Source of the DNA: Nemertoderma westbladi
Taxonomy: Eukaryota > Animalia > Xenacoelomorpha
DNA: 64,000 bases
Assembly (NCBI GenBank): GCA_032718475.1
Contig: JAUCBJ010004314.1
Coordinates: forward strand, 38,586-102,585
Direction: 5' to 3'
The translations under genes were made by a program, and so were the position numbers. Below the pieces are notes generated by a model. That model was not told where the DNA came from, did no database searches, and worked only from the letters and a program-made list of their open reading frames with translations. Shown here piece after piece: positions 1 to 10,059 of the stretch (within the stretch, counting starts at the first letter, position 1; each line of letters begins with the position of its first letter).

Positions 1-358
1 TGTTTAATAAAATATATTTGTAGTTACTACATGTATTAACTTGAGTGATTCATAAGCAAAAAAACTTAATCAGATAATTCCAGATACTCGGTCCTGTTAC
101 TCCGATCGATTTGTGAGCTTCTTCTAAACGGGTTTGGGGAATAACATATTTTCCTGTCAAAGCCGCACGGGTACTATATCGGTGCATGGCAGAACATTTT
201 GTAAAAAGGTGCGAGAGAGGGTGTGAGGGGTTATGTGATATGTCTAGCAATAGTTGGGAAACATGATAGACATATAGTGACTCCAAAGGTAGTATATTCA
301 TTTTTTTATATAGGGGATAAGCTGTTTGGCGGAAATGGCTAAAAGCCCACCTTACCTT
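1..358 (-). mobile_element. 3' part of an L2/CR1-group LINE RT ORF (copy 1, continues beyond window start)
   Basis: Minus frame reads KVRWAFSHFRQTAYPLYKKMNILPLESLY...LFTKCSAMHRYSTR...PQTRLEEAHKSIGVTGPSIWN, resembling the C-terminal region after the RT domain of L2/CR1/Crack LINEs. Near-identical to 10517-10874. Confidence 0.7.
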
Positions 359-360
359 AC

Positions 361-1217
361 CTTTCCCACCTTACTACCACACTATGCTACTGTGTTAGCT
401 GTCTCAATCCTTACTACCACACTATGCTACTGTGTTAGTTTGTTTCCCACCTTACTTCCACACTATGCTACTGTGTTGGTTGTCTCACACCTTAGTACCA
501 CACTATGCTACTGTGTTAGTTTTTCCCACCTTACTACTACCACACTATGCTAGGGTGTTAGTTTGTTTCCCACGTTACTACCACACTATGCTACTATGTT
601 AGTTTGTTTCCCACTTTACTACCACACGATGCTACTATGTTAGTTTATTTCCCACCTTACTACCACACTATGCTACTATGTTAGTTTGTTTCCCACCTTA
701 CTATCACACTATGCTACTATGTTAGTTTGTTTCCCACCTTACTACCACACTATGCTACTATGTTAGTTTTTTTCCTCCTTACTACCACACTATGCTGCTG
801 TGTTAGTTTGTTTCCCACCTTACTACCACACTATGCTACTGTGTTAGTTTGTTTCCCACCTTACTACCACACTATGCTACTGTGTCAGTTTTTTTCCCAC
901 CTTACTACCACACTATGCTGCTGTGTTAGTTTGCTTCCCACCTTACTACCACACTATGCTACTGTGTTAGTTTGTTTCCCACCTTACTACCACACTATGT
1001 TACTGTGTTAGTTTGTTTCCCACCTTACTACCACACTATGCTACTGTGTTAGTTTGCTTCCCACCTTACTACCACACTATGCTACTGTGTTAGTTTGTTT
1101 CCCACCTTACTACCACACTATGCTACTGTGTTAGTTTGTTTCCCACCTTACTACCACACTATGCTACTGTGTTAGTTTGTTTCCCACCTTACTACCACAC
1201 TATGCTAATATGTTAGT
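361..1217. repeat. 41-bp minisatellite, ~21 copies (TTAGTTTGTTTCCCACCTTACTACCACACTATGCTACTGTG)
   Basis: Direct periodicity of 41, e.g. caccttact at 1021 and 1062. Confidence 0.97.
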
Positions 1218-2254
1218 TCAGCTGCTCTAAGAATCCTATGTCGGCTATCAGAAAAATTCTACCTTCACAACTCCCTATGTCACTCATAAATTTTGCGAGT
1301 TTATTTGTTTTTAAGAGGTACCCCTAGAATGTTATGAGCTGTCCAACTAGACTAAGTCACCGAATAATCTCCGACTAAATCACCGACTAAGAGCACCGAA
1401 TGCGGACTGACAGACTGATGAGGCTCTGATTAAGGACATGGGGGGCGGTTGGATACTCGTCGTCGCATCAGTAGATGATAGTGGCAATGGTGTAATTAGT
1501 CTATTGATAAATATGAAGCATTGTACAAAATAGACCAAATCTCTAACCGCATCATCCGCTGCCATTTCTCATGTTTTGGAAGAATTGTAAGAAGTTTCCT
1601 AATGTGGTTCTGATTGTGTGCTACTCACCAACTAGTGTTGCCCCAGTAGAGGAGGTGGAAGATTTCTACCACAATCTACAAGCAGCTACTGATGGAGTGG
1701 ATCAGCATGCATTCTTAACATTCCTGGGAGACTTTAATGCAAGTCTGCAACACTCGTCCACATCGCCCTGGGTTTATAGCAATAGTGTTAACCGAAATTC
1801 CATCCATCTTCAGGATTTCATCTCTGGAAATGGACTGTTTTCGGCTGGAACTCAGTTCAAGATGCGTACTGGAAAGCTATGGACTGACACTGGACCCAGT
1901 GGCCACAAGTTCCAAATGACAACATTCTGTTTCGTAGGAAATACAGGAGCTCTAGGTACAAGACTGTAGGGGGGCCTAGTGCATTTACACTTCGACCATT
2001 CTCCAGTGATCACCGCCTTATTGTGACCAAGGTAAGACTTAGTCTCCGTGCTAGCAGAATTACGAAATCTGCCTTGCCACGGCAAGACTGCTCCTCCCTG
2101 TTGCAACAGCCCAGTGTGAGATCCAGCTTCACACTAAAGCTGAGCAACAGGTACGAGGTTCGCGCCTCTGAGGCAACACATCATTGCGAGGGCTATACTG
2201 CATACTGCCTTCACAGAAGCAGTTAAGATACGTTAAGATAAGTCAATTATTAAG

Positions 2255-2618
2255 ATACTACTAGGATCGGCATGCTGCATTGCAGCTGCATTTTTAAGAA
2301 TGCTGTGCCGGCTTATCGACAAAATTGCACCGCCACAACTCCCTATCACCCATGACATTTGCTAGATCATCCGCATCTTCAAGGCCAGTGTCCTTTAAGA
2401 TGCGTCTCAAGAAAGTCATGGGCTGTCCACCATGCTTATTCACTCCATGAGGCTGCCAAAGTACAAGATTATGCACTGGCTGGTCCTCACGGCGAAAGCA
2501 ATGTCCTGCAAAGCGGAGGCGATTTTGTTCTAGTGTCAAGCTTGGGGGAACCAATGAGACACCTCCAATGTTATATAGTGTCTGGTTGGAGATGTGTGCA
2601 TAGAACTTGACACAATGA
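2255..2618 (-). mobile_element. 5'-truncated RTE 3' fragment inserted antisense into the host RTE
   Basis: Encodes RLRFAGHCFRREDQPVHNLVLWQP...DRELWR with a (TAG)n tail. 10-bp TSD AGTTAAGATA at 2221-2230 and 2619-2628. Removing the insertion restores host frame TEAVKIAAAETVP. Confidence 0.88.
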
Positions 2619-2913
2619 AGTTAAGATAGCAGCTGCAGAAACAGTTCCTGTATACTTTCGAAACAGGAAAAAGGCTCCCTGGACTGACCACAAAATTCGG
2701 AATACATCTACAAGGCACAGAAATAGTCCCTACTGAAACAGACTACAGCAGCGGCCAATAATCTACAATGTAATCTATTAATCTACTACTACTACTAGGT
2801 CGAGCGAACTCGGACAGTGGAAATGAGATCCTTCCAGGCTTCCCGATTCTCCATAGTTGTCGCAATTTCGTTTCTCCCAAGTTCAGTATCCCTTTCAAGT
2901 TGATCTATATTAT

Positions 2914-4432
2914 GGTTATATTGAAAAATATCGAGACATGAAAAATATCGAGAGTAAAAATAACGCGAGTAAAAACATCGAGTGTTGAAAAATAACGATA
3001 ATATCGAGAGTTCAAAAAATATCGAGAGTAAAAATATCGAGGGTAAAAATATCGAGAGTAAAAATACCGAGTGTTGAAAAATATCGAGAGTAAAAATATC
3101 GAGAGTAAAAATATCGAGTGTTGAAAAATATCGAGAGTAAAAATATCGAGTGTTGAAAAATATCGAGAGTAAAAATATCGAGTGTTGAAAAATATCGAGA
3201 GTAAAAATATCGAGTGTTGAAAAATATCGAGAGTAAAAATATCGAGTGTTGAAAAATATCGAGAGTAAAAATATCGAGTGTTGAAAATTATCGAGAGTAA
3301 AAATATCGAGTGTTGAAAAATATCGAGAGTAAAAATATCGAGTGTTGAAAAATATCGAGAGTAAAAATATCGAGTGTTGAAAAATATCGAGTGTTGAAAA
3401 ATATCGAGTGTTGAAAAATATCGAGTGTTGAAAAATATCGAGTGTTGAAAAATATCGAGTGTTGAAAAATATTGAAAAATATCGAGTGTTGGAAAAAATA
3501 TAGAATGTTGAAAAATATCGAGAGTAAAAATATCGATAGTAACAATTTTTTTAAATAAGGGTTGTATGATAATTTTTTTTACTAAAAATGTTCTAGAACA
3601 ACAATATTTATCAACATTTGGTAGCTTATACGTGTTCTAATATAATATTTAACAATATTTATAATATTTATCAAAATTTATAGCTAGCACTTCTTTTATA
3701 ATATTTATTAAAAAAATAGCAAAAACTAGCTAGTATAATAAATCTGGTAAATGGGTACCCAAGGTGTATTACATAATGCCATTCACTTGCACTTGCACTG
3801 TTGTAACCCATGCACTGCAATATTGTTCCATAATTCTAAATAAAATGCTCAAGCAAAATGCAATATTTTTACTCTCGATATTTTTCAACACTCGATATTT
3901 TTCAACACTCGATATTTTTACTCTCGATATTTTTCAACACTCGATATTTTTACTCTCGATATTTTTACTCTCGATATTTTTCAACACCCGATATTTTTAC
4001 TCTCGATATTTTTACTCTCGATATTTTTCAACACTCGATATTTTTACTCTCGATATTTTTCAACACTCGATATTTTTACTCTCGATATTTTTCAACACTC
4101 GATATTTTTACTCTCGATATTTTTCAACACTCGATATTTTTACTCTCGATATTTTTCAACACTCGATATTTTTACTCTCGATATTTTTCAACACTCGATA
4201 TTTTTACTCTCGATATTTTTCAACACTCGATATTTTTACTCTCGATATTTTTCAACACTCGATATTTTTCAACACTCGTTATTTTCGATATTTTTCATCT
4301 CGTGTTATTTTTACTCTCGATATTTTTTAATCACGTTAACTTTCAACACTCGTTATTTTTACTCTCGATATTTTTACTCTCGTTATTTTTACTCTCGATG
4401 TTTTTCAAGTCTCGATATTTTTCACCATTACC
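2914..4432. mobile_element. Foldback-like non-autonomous DNA transposon with long modular inverted arms
   Basis: Left arm (~2914-3545) of 15/17-bp subrepeats AAAAATATCGAGAGT / AAAAATATCGAGTGTTG. Right arm (~3861-4432) is the reverse complement. Both termini read GGT.AT..TGAAAAATATCGAGAC. 8-bp TSD TATATTAT at 2906-2913 and 4433-4440. Spacer is AT-rich and non-coding. Confidence 0.85.
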
Positions 4433-6330
4433 TATATTATATATGTTATGGCAGGTCGTCCACGACTACGCTTTCCATGAGTTGGTTGCCAGAGAAGTAG
4501 ATCTGGTATGACCTCGTCTTTACTTCGCCAGCAGTGCCCACTGAATCTTAATCTGCGTTCACGGAGGGTGGTTGATACAGGTGGTATTGTACCATAAAGC
4601 TCGGCGTTTGTCATGTGTTGTCTCCAGCTGATGTTTAGGGCTGCCCTTAGTAGTCTTGTGTAGCAACCATCAATTCGTTGTTCAAGTGATTTAGTCAGTG
4701 TCCAGGTCTCACCCCCGTATAAAAATACACTTTCCACTGTGGCTCGAAAGAACTTGGTCTTCAGGTGCCTGGAGAGATCTGATTTCCAGATGGTATCCAT
4801 TTTTGATAGAGCTACCCAAGCCTTTGCTTTCCTAACTTCTATGTCCTTTTTGCTACTCTCTATCCATGATCCAAGGTACTGGAAGTCATCGACCTGCCTT
4901 AGTTGATTATTATCAATGGTTGTCAAGTTTCCATCAACATTAAAGGTCATGAATTCGGTCTTGGTAGCATTTATATGCAATCCAACCTCCTTAGCAGCCC
5001 TCTCCACTTTATTTAGTAGAAGCTGTGCATCTGCTAGCGTATTAGAGAGCAGGGCGATGTCATCCGCAAAGTCGGTGTCTGTGACTGTAGTTGCCGGATA
5101 TCTACTACTTCTGCGTTCTTGAAGTGTGAATCCCAGATCTTCACCCTTTGTGGCCGTCCTCATTGCGTAATCCAGCACAATTACAAATAGTAATGGTGCT
5201 AATGTGTCACCTTGCAGTACGCCAGCCAGGATTGAGAAAAACTCAGTTTCACCATCTGGTGAGAGTACCTGCGCTTCTGTGTCACAATATAGCAATCCAA
5301 TGCCAGCAACAATTACTTCTGGTATTCCATAAGCTCTTAGGATTTCAAGCATTTTACCTCTATGGATGGAGTCGAATGCCTTCTTGAAGTCCACAAAAGT
5401 CATGACTGCGGGGAGATTCTTTGACTTAATTCCTTCAATCAGTCTCCGTAGTGCAAGTATCTGAGCTATTGTTGATCTACTTGGTCGAAATCCGTTTTGG
5501 CTCTTATGCAGTAGTTTCTCTATGTGAGGCCTAATCCTATATAGAATCATTTTATTGTATATTTTGGCAGCTACCACAAGCAGACAGATCCCATGATAGT
5601 TTGTTGGTATGCCGAGGTCTCCTTTCTTGGGGAGAGGCTTTAGTTGACCTTTAGTCCAAATTGGTGGTGGCTTTTCCCCTTTTAACATCCGGTTGCAAAC
5701 ATTCAATAATGGTCTATTTAGCACTCCGGTTTTCCATACCTCCGCTGGGATTTCATCTAATCCACTCGCTTTATTATTGGACATGCTTTTAATGCTTCTT
5801 TGGAGTTCGGCAGGTGTGAAGTCCCCTGTTTCTATAGGTAGTGTCTTGTCATATATTTTCCTTGTAGGGCTGACCTCGATGTTTGGTGGCTGCCCAAGCA
5901 AGTTGCTGAAGTGATTTTTCCACTTCCCAACACGTTCTTCAGGACTATCGGCTTTGAGGCGCCCCTTTGCACAACTTTTCCGACCAGATACCTCATTTAC
6001 AGTTTGCCAGGTAAGTCTTGATTGTTGCTGTATGTGAGCAGTTGTAATTGCTTCAGTTTTATCCTGTATGTACTTTTCCTGGCTGATGTTGTAGGCCAAT
6101 TTAAGATCATCCTTAGCTTTCTCAACCTTGTTAATGTTTTCGGTTGTTGGTTGTTCGGTTTTAACTTTGTAGGCTATCTTAAGATTTTCTCTCTTACAAG
6201 TAACCTCAGAGTTTTGCCATGGCACATACTGTTTTCGTTTAGGTTTCTGGGGGATATGCCTCTTTGCTGAATCCTTGTGGGCTGTTATTATATTCTGGTA
6301 TATTGAATCGGTGGATTGGTCTTCATCCAT
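4432..6330 (-). CDS. RTE LINE reverse transcriptase ORF (no endonuclease part; C-terminus cut off by the Foldback-like insertion)
   Basis: ORF track 632 aa with a full set of non-LTR RT motifs including DFADD. Confidence 0.9.
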   Translation of the reverse strand: MDEDQSTDSIYQNIITAHKDSAKRHIPQKPKRKQYVPWQNSEVTCKRENLKIAYKVKTEQPTTENINKVEKAKDDLKLAYNISQEKYIQDKTEAITTAHIQQQSRLTWQTVNEVSGRKSCAKGRLKADSPEERVGKWKNHFSNLLGQPPNIEVSPTRKIYDKTLPIETGDFTPAELQRSIKSMSNNKASGLDEIPAEVWKTGVLNRPLLNVCNRMLKGEKPPPIWTKGQLKPLPKKGDLGIPTNYHGICLLVVAAKIYNKMILYRIRPHIEKLLHKSQNGFRPSRSTIAQILALRRLIEGIKSKNLPAVMTFVDFKKAFDSIHRGKMLEILRAYGIPEVIVAGIGLLYCDTEAQVLSPDGETEFFSILAGVLQGDTLAPLLFVIVLDYAMRTATKGEDLGFTLQERRSSRYPATTVTDTDFADDIALLSNTLADAQLLLNKVERAAKEVGLHINATKTEFMTFNVDGNLTTIDNNQLRQVDDFQYLGSWIESSKKDIEVRKAKAWVALSKMDTIWKSDLSRHLKTKFFRATVESVFLYGGETWTLTKSLEQRIDGCYTRLLRAALNISWRQHMTNAELYGTIPPVSTTLRERRLRFSGHCWRSKDEVIPDLLLWQPTHGKRSRGRPAITYII

Positions 6331-7817
6331 TGACTGAATTGCTTCATTAATCTACAGGAGCTTATAAACCAACAGTTTGATGTCATCAATGATTCCGATG
6401 ACAGCAGGCAATCATCCCAGGCATGGAAATCGATCAACTTGCTGACTGGTCGGAAAAGCCAACCAACCACCAAGGTTAAGGCACCTGGCACCAGCCGATC
6501 GCCTCAATGGTTGAAAGGCCGACGTTGAAAAGCTCATCAATAATGACAGGGTATTTCCTGATAACTTTATAGAAGTAAAGTTGTCTGAGTCTGTACTCCC
6601 AGATATTCCCATTGGCGATATCTCCTTTGCAGAAGTGAAGGCTGCTGCAAAGAGCATTAAGACCAATCGTGCCAGTGGAGTAGATGGTGACCCCCTGAGT
6701 TCTTTAAAATGCCTGAGTGTTTGTAGCTTATTTATCCCATCATATTAGACATGTACAAAACGACAAGAGTCCCACAAGAAATGAAAACAAATAAGTTGGT
6801 GCCAGTTCCCAAGAAGGGCAACCTAACACTCTATGGTTCTTTTCGGGGAATCTCATTGATCTCGATTGCTGCAAAGCTATACAATAGAATTCTATTAAAT
6901 CGGATCAGGGATTCCATTGAGAGACTGCGCCGTGGAAATCAGAATGGGTTCCGTAAAGGTCGTGGGACCATGGAGCCCATTTTGGCGCTTAGAAGGATAA
7001 TTGAAGAGTTATCAAAAAAGAAAGACAGGCATCTGGCTGTTATCTTTGTTGACTTCTTCAAGGCCTTTGATTCAGTCTCTCGCTCACGTATGTTCAGCAT
7101 ACTTTCATTATATGGGATTCCTGATGAAATTATTGCAGCAATCAGATCAGTAAATTATGACGGTTCGACGACATTTGTGTCTATTGTTGACAGTGACACA
7201 GAACCATTCGAAGTATTATGGGGCGTCCTCCAGGGAGACACACTTGCACCATTCTTGTTCATAATTGTGGTTGACTATGTTAAACGCATATCCTTAGATC
7301 ATCATAATGATGATGGGGTGATGGTGACTCAACCTACTGGCTCCAGAAGTCGAGGAAATCCTGCCAAGTACCTAAATGATCTAGACTTTGCTGATGACAT
7401 AGGAGTACTCTCAGAATTACTAGAGGGAGCCCAACGGCTCCTCAGCTCATTAGAACAGCGCTGCTTCTAGTGGTGGTCTCTTTGTTAACTCCAAAAAGAC
7501 CAAAATTTTGACAGTTAACTATGAAAGTCCTCAGCAAATCTCTGATCGGATGAGCATAAGCTCAAAATATGGTATGCTTGAGCATGTGGACGACTTCTGT
7601 TACCTGGGATTATGGATCTGGAAGTCAGGTGAGGACCTTCGAATACGTAAGGAAAAGGCATGGGCAGCTTTTAATGGACTTTCCAGGATTTGGAAGTCAC
7701 ACAGTATTCATCGGAATCTTAAGGTCCGATTATTTAGAGCAGCAGTAGTTCCAGTACTCTTCTATGAGAGTCCATGATGGGCTCTAACTGCTAAGGACAC
7801 CCACCAAATCTCTGGAT

Positions 7818-8168
7818 TATTGATAGTAACAATGTGTTGGCAAGCTGTATTTTTCGAGGTGTTTGTTATTATACATTTATTATCGGAAGGGGTCTAGGGG
7901 TCTTAACCTCGAATGATAAGTTTATTTTACCGAAAATAACTTATCTTTTATTGGCGCAATTGTAGGACTAATCCCATCACATGCGTAATTTTTAACCGGG
8001 TAGTGTACAAATTTAGGAATCGCGTAATTTTTCTTGAAATTAATATCTCATATCTCTCCAAACCACGTACGCGTTTCGACCTTACTGGGTCTCATCAGCG
8101 TGGTGTCGGATTCGGTAAAATAAACTTATCATTCGAGGTTAAGACCCCTAGACCCCTTCCGATAATAC
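7818..8168 (-). mobile_element. Penelope-like element remnant with an inverted terminal segment
   Basis: 10-bp TSD ATCTCTGGAT (7808-7817, 8169-8178). ~57-bp inverted repeat at 7878-7934 / 8111-8167 reading ...SRGLNLE*, like the GLN end of PLE GIY-YIG ORFs, followed by a hammerhead core. Confidence 0.75.
8062..8104 (-). ncRNA. Minimal type I hammerhead ribozyme
   Basis: Minus strand: ACCACG CUGAUGA GACC cagtaa GGTC GAAA C GC G UA CGTGGT. This gives stem I (ACCACG/CGTGGT), the conserved core, stem II (GACC/GGTC) and the palindromic minimal stem III typical of PLE hammerheads. Confidence 0.88.
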
Positions 8169-8873
8169 ATCTCTGGATGGCACATTCGCAAAAATGCTCG
8201 TACACACGAATGTCGGGTTCACTGTGACAAGTACAATGCACACATCTCCAACCAGACACAATATAACATTGGATGTGTCTCGTTGGTTCCCTCCAGCTTG
8301 ACACTAGAATGAAGCCACCTCCACTTTGCAGGACATGGTTTTCGCCGTGTGGACCAGCCTGTGCACAATCTTGTGCTTTGGCAGCCCGATGGAGAAAATA
8401 AGCATGGTAGACAGCCCATGAATTTCGTGAGACGCCTCCTAAAGGACACTGGCCTTGAAGATGCCGATAATCTCGCGAAAGTCATGGGGGATAGGGAGTT
8501 GTGGCGGTGCAACTTTGTTGATAAGGCGGCCTAGCATTCGTAATGCACGCTGCATTGGGCTTGCCAATTGTAGATTTCATGGTGGTGACAAAATGTTTTT
8601 GTAAAGCCTGCATAGCATCTCAATGTGCAGTTTCAATGCAGCAGGCCGATTATAATAGTAGTAGTTTTTCACATGATCTTTGGTCTACTACTGCACTAAT
8701 CGTACTTATCGTATCGTACTATTTATTGTACTTAGTAGACTACTTTGATCTTCTCTTTTGGTAGCGGTCTACTAAACTAAAATGCTCATTTAATGCTCGT
8801 TTAGGCTATTAGTCCAGCCAAAATAGGTAAAAAAATGAGGTTTACCTCTTCACTTGTTCCCGAAAGAGGCACT

Positions 8874-8882
8874 CTATAAAAA
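8874..8882 (+). promoter_or_regulatory. Possible TATA box upstream of the SDR gene
   Basis: CTATAAAAA ~210 bp upstream of the ATG; motif only, no transcript evidence. Confidence 0.3.
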
Positions 8883-9091
8883 CCAACGTGCCTGCTCTTC
8901 ATCAAAGACACATTAAAACGGGAAATTTGAATTCAACTAAAACAGCAATCCTGTTTGTAATGACTGGCTGACAGGCAGTGCGCTGCAGTGTTGGGCTATT
9001 TATTTACGATTTGCCTTATTTTTTTTCATACGGACATCCGTCAAACTCTGTTGTTACATAATCCAATAAATAACGGACGTTCCTTTATACG

Positions 9092-9877
9092 ATGAGTCTC
9101 CCACTGATAGAACTAACTGGTAAAGTAGCCCTTATCACGGGCGCGAGTTCGGGAATCGGCGCCCGCACGGGCATTCTATTCAGCCAACTTGGCGCGCGAG
9201 TCGCCTTGACCGGTCGCAAACCGGTCCCACTCGAATCTACCGCATTACAATGCGAGAAACCTCCCTGCGGCGAAGTATTCCGGAAGAGCTGCGATCTTTC
9301 CGATGAGAAACAATGTCGGGATCTAATAGACGCTGTTATTGAACGGTACGGCAGACTGGATGTCCTCGTGAACGTGGCGGGGATTCTACTAACAGGCACG
9401 TTAGAATCTACAACATCTCAACAGTACGACGAATTATTCGATGTAAACGTGAAAGCACCGTTCCGTCTTAGCCAAATGGTCCTGCCATACTTAGAAGAAT
9501 CTCGCGGTAACATAGTTAATGTGTCAAGCGTTAACGGAATGCGCTCTTTCCCCGGGGTCACGGCTTACAATATGAGTAAAGCGGCTATGGACCACATGAC
9601 GAGGAGTACGGCTCTCGAGTTGGCACCCAAAGGTATTCGAGTGAACTGCGTGAACCCAGGGGTCACCGTGACTGACCTACATCGTCGGGCGGGTCAGGAT
9701 GAGACCACCTACGCCGCCTACTTGGAGCGAGCCAAGTCTACGCATCCGTTGGGTCGCCCAGGGGAGCCCGTTGAGGTTGCTAATGCTATAGCATTCCTAG
9801 CTAGTGGGGCTGCTTCTTTTCTAACTGGGGTTACTATGCCAGTGGATGGAGGGCGCCATGCTACATGTATGCGTTAA
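9092..9877 (+). CDS. Classical short-chain dehydrogenase/reductase (3-oxoacyl-ACP reductase FabG-like), single coding exon, 261 aa
   Basis: TGASSGIG cofactor motif, LVNVAG, VNVSS, catalytic YNMSK, VNCVNPG and C-terminal VDGG; intact ORF. Confidence 0.95.
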   Translation: MSLPLIELTGKVALITGASSGIGARTGILFSQLGARVALTGRKPVPLESTALQCEKPPCGEVFRKSCDLSDEKQCRDLIDAVIERYGRLDVLVNVAGILLTGTLESTTSQQYDELFDVNVKAPFRLSQMVLPYLEESRGNIVNVSSVNGMRSFPGVTAYNMSKAAMDHMTRSTALELAPKGIRVNCVNPGVTVTDLHRRAGQDETTYAAYLERAKSTHPLGRPGEPVEVANAIAFLASGAASFLTGVTMPVDGGRHATCMR

Positions 9878-10059
9878 ACAATAAGTTATTATTGCAGTGC
9901 TGTATTTGTGGAGTATCTCGAATCATATACTTGTGGAGATATTTATTGCTTATTAAAGAGATTGTGAATTAATCGTGAATCATCGAATATGTATGTAATG
10001 GGGTAGACGACTCGGAAATTTTTTTTCGAGTTTTCGTTGGTTTCATGTGAATTTTTTCA

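Larger units (their letters stand above)
2785..6347 (-). mobile_element. Young 5'-truncated RTE LINE (second family), antisense in the host RTE, itself interrupted at 2914-4432
   Basis: Uninterrupted 632-aa RT ORF (4432-6330) with PKKGDL, QNGFR, FVDFKKAFDS, GVLQGDTLAP, FADD and YLGS. Its C-terminus resumes at 2908-2795 (IDQLERDTELGRNEIATTMENREAWKDLISTVRVRST*), followed by a (TAG)n tail. TSD TAATCTACA at 2759-2767 and 6348-6356; removal restores host frame AANNLQELINQ. Confidence 0.93.
1389..8665 (+). mobile_element. Degraded, 5'-truncated RTE-clade LINE hosting nested insertions; segments about 1389-2230, 2629-2767, 6357-7817, 8179-8665
   Basis: APE endonuclease motifs EHR (~1391), CYSPT, LGDFNA and DHSPV. 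RT motifs PVPKKGNL, QNGFRKGR, FVDFFKAFD, GVLQGDTLAPFLF and LDFADD. C-terminal FAGH...LVLWQP...GR...DRELWR. (TAG)n tail at ~8656-8665. Frameshifts and stops are present. Confidence 0.92.

Noticed and set aside
1414-1440. CTGATGAG as a second hammerhead core
   Set aside because: No stem II or GAAA follows; it lies within RTE endonuclease coding remnant.
3288-4511. ORFs rich in STLDIF/NTRYF
   Set aside because: Translations of the Foldback arm subrepeats.
9085-9399. 104-aa antisense ORF
   Set aside because: Shadow ORF opposite the SDR gene.
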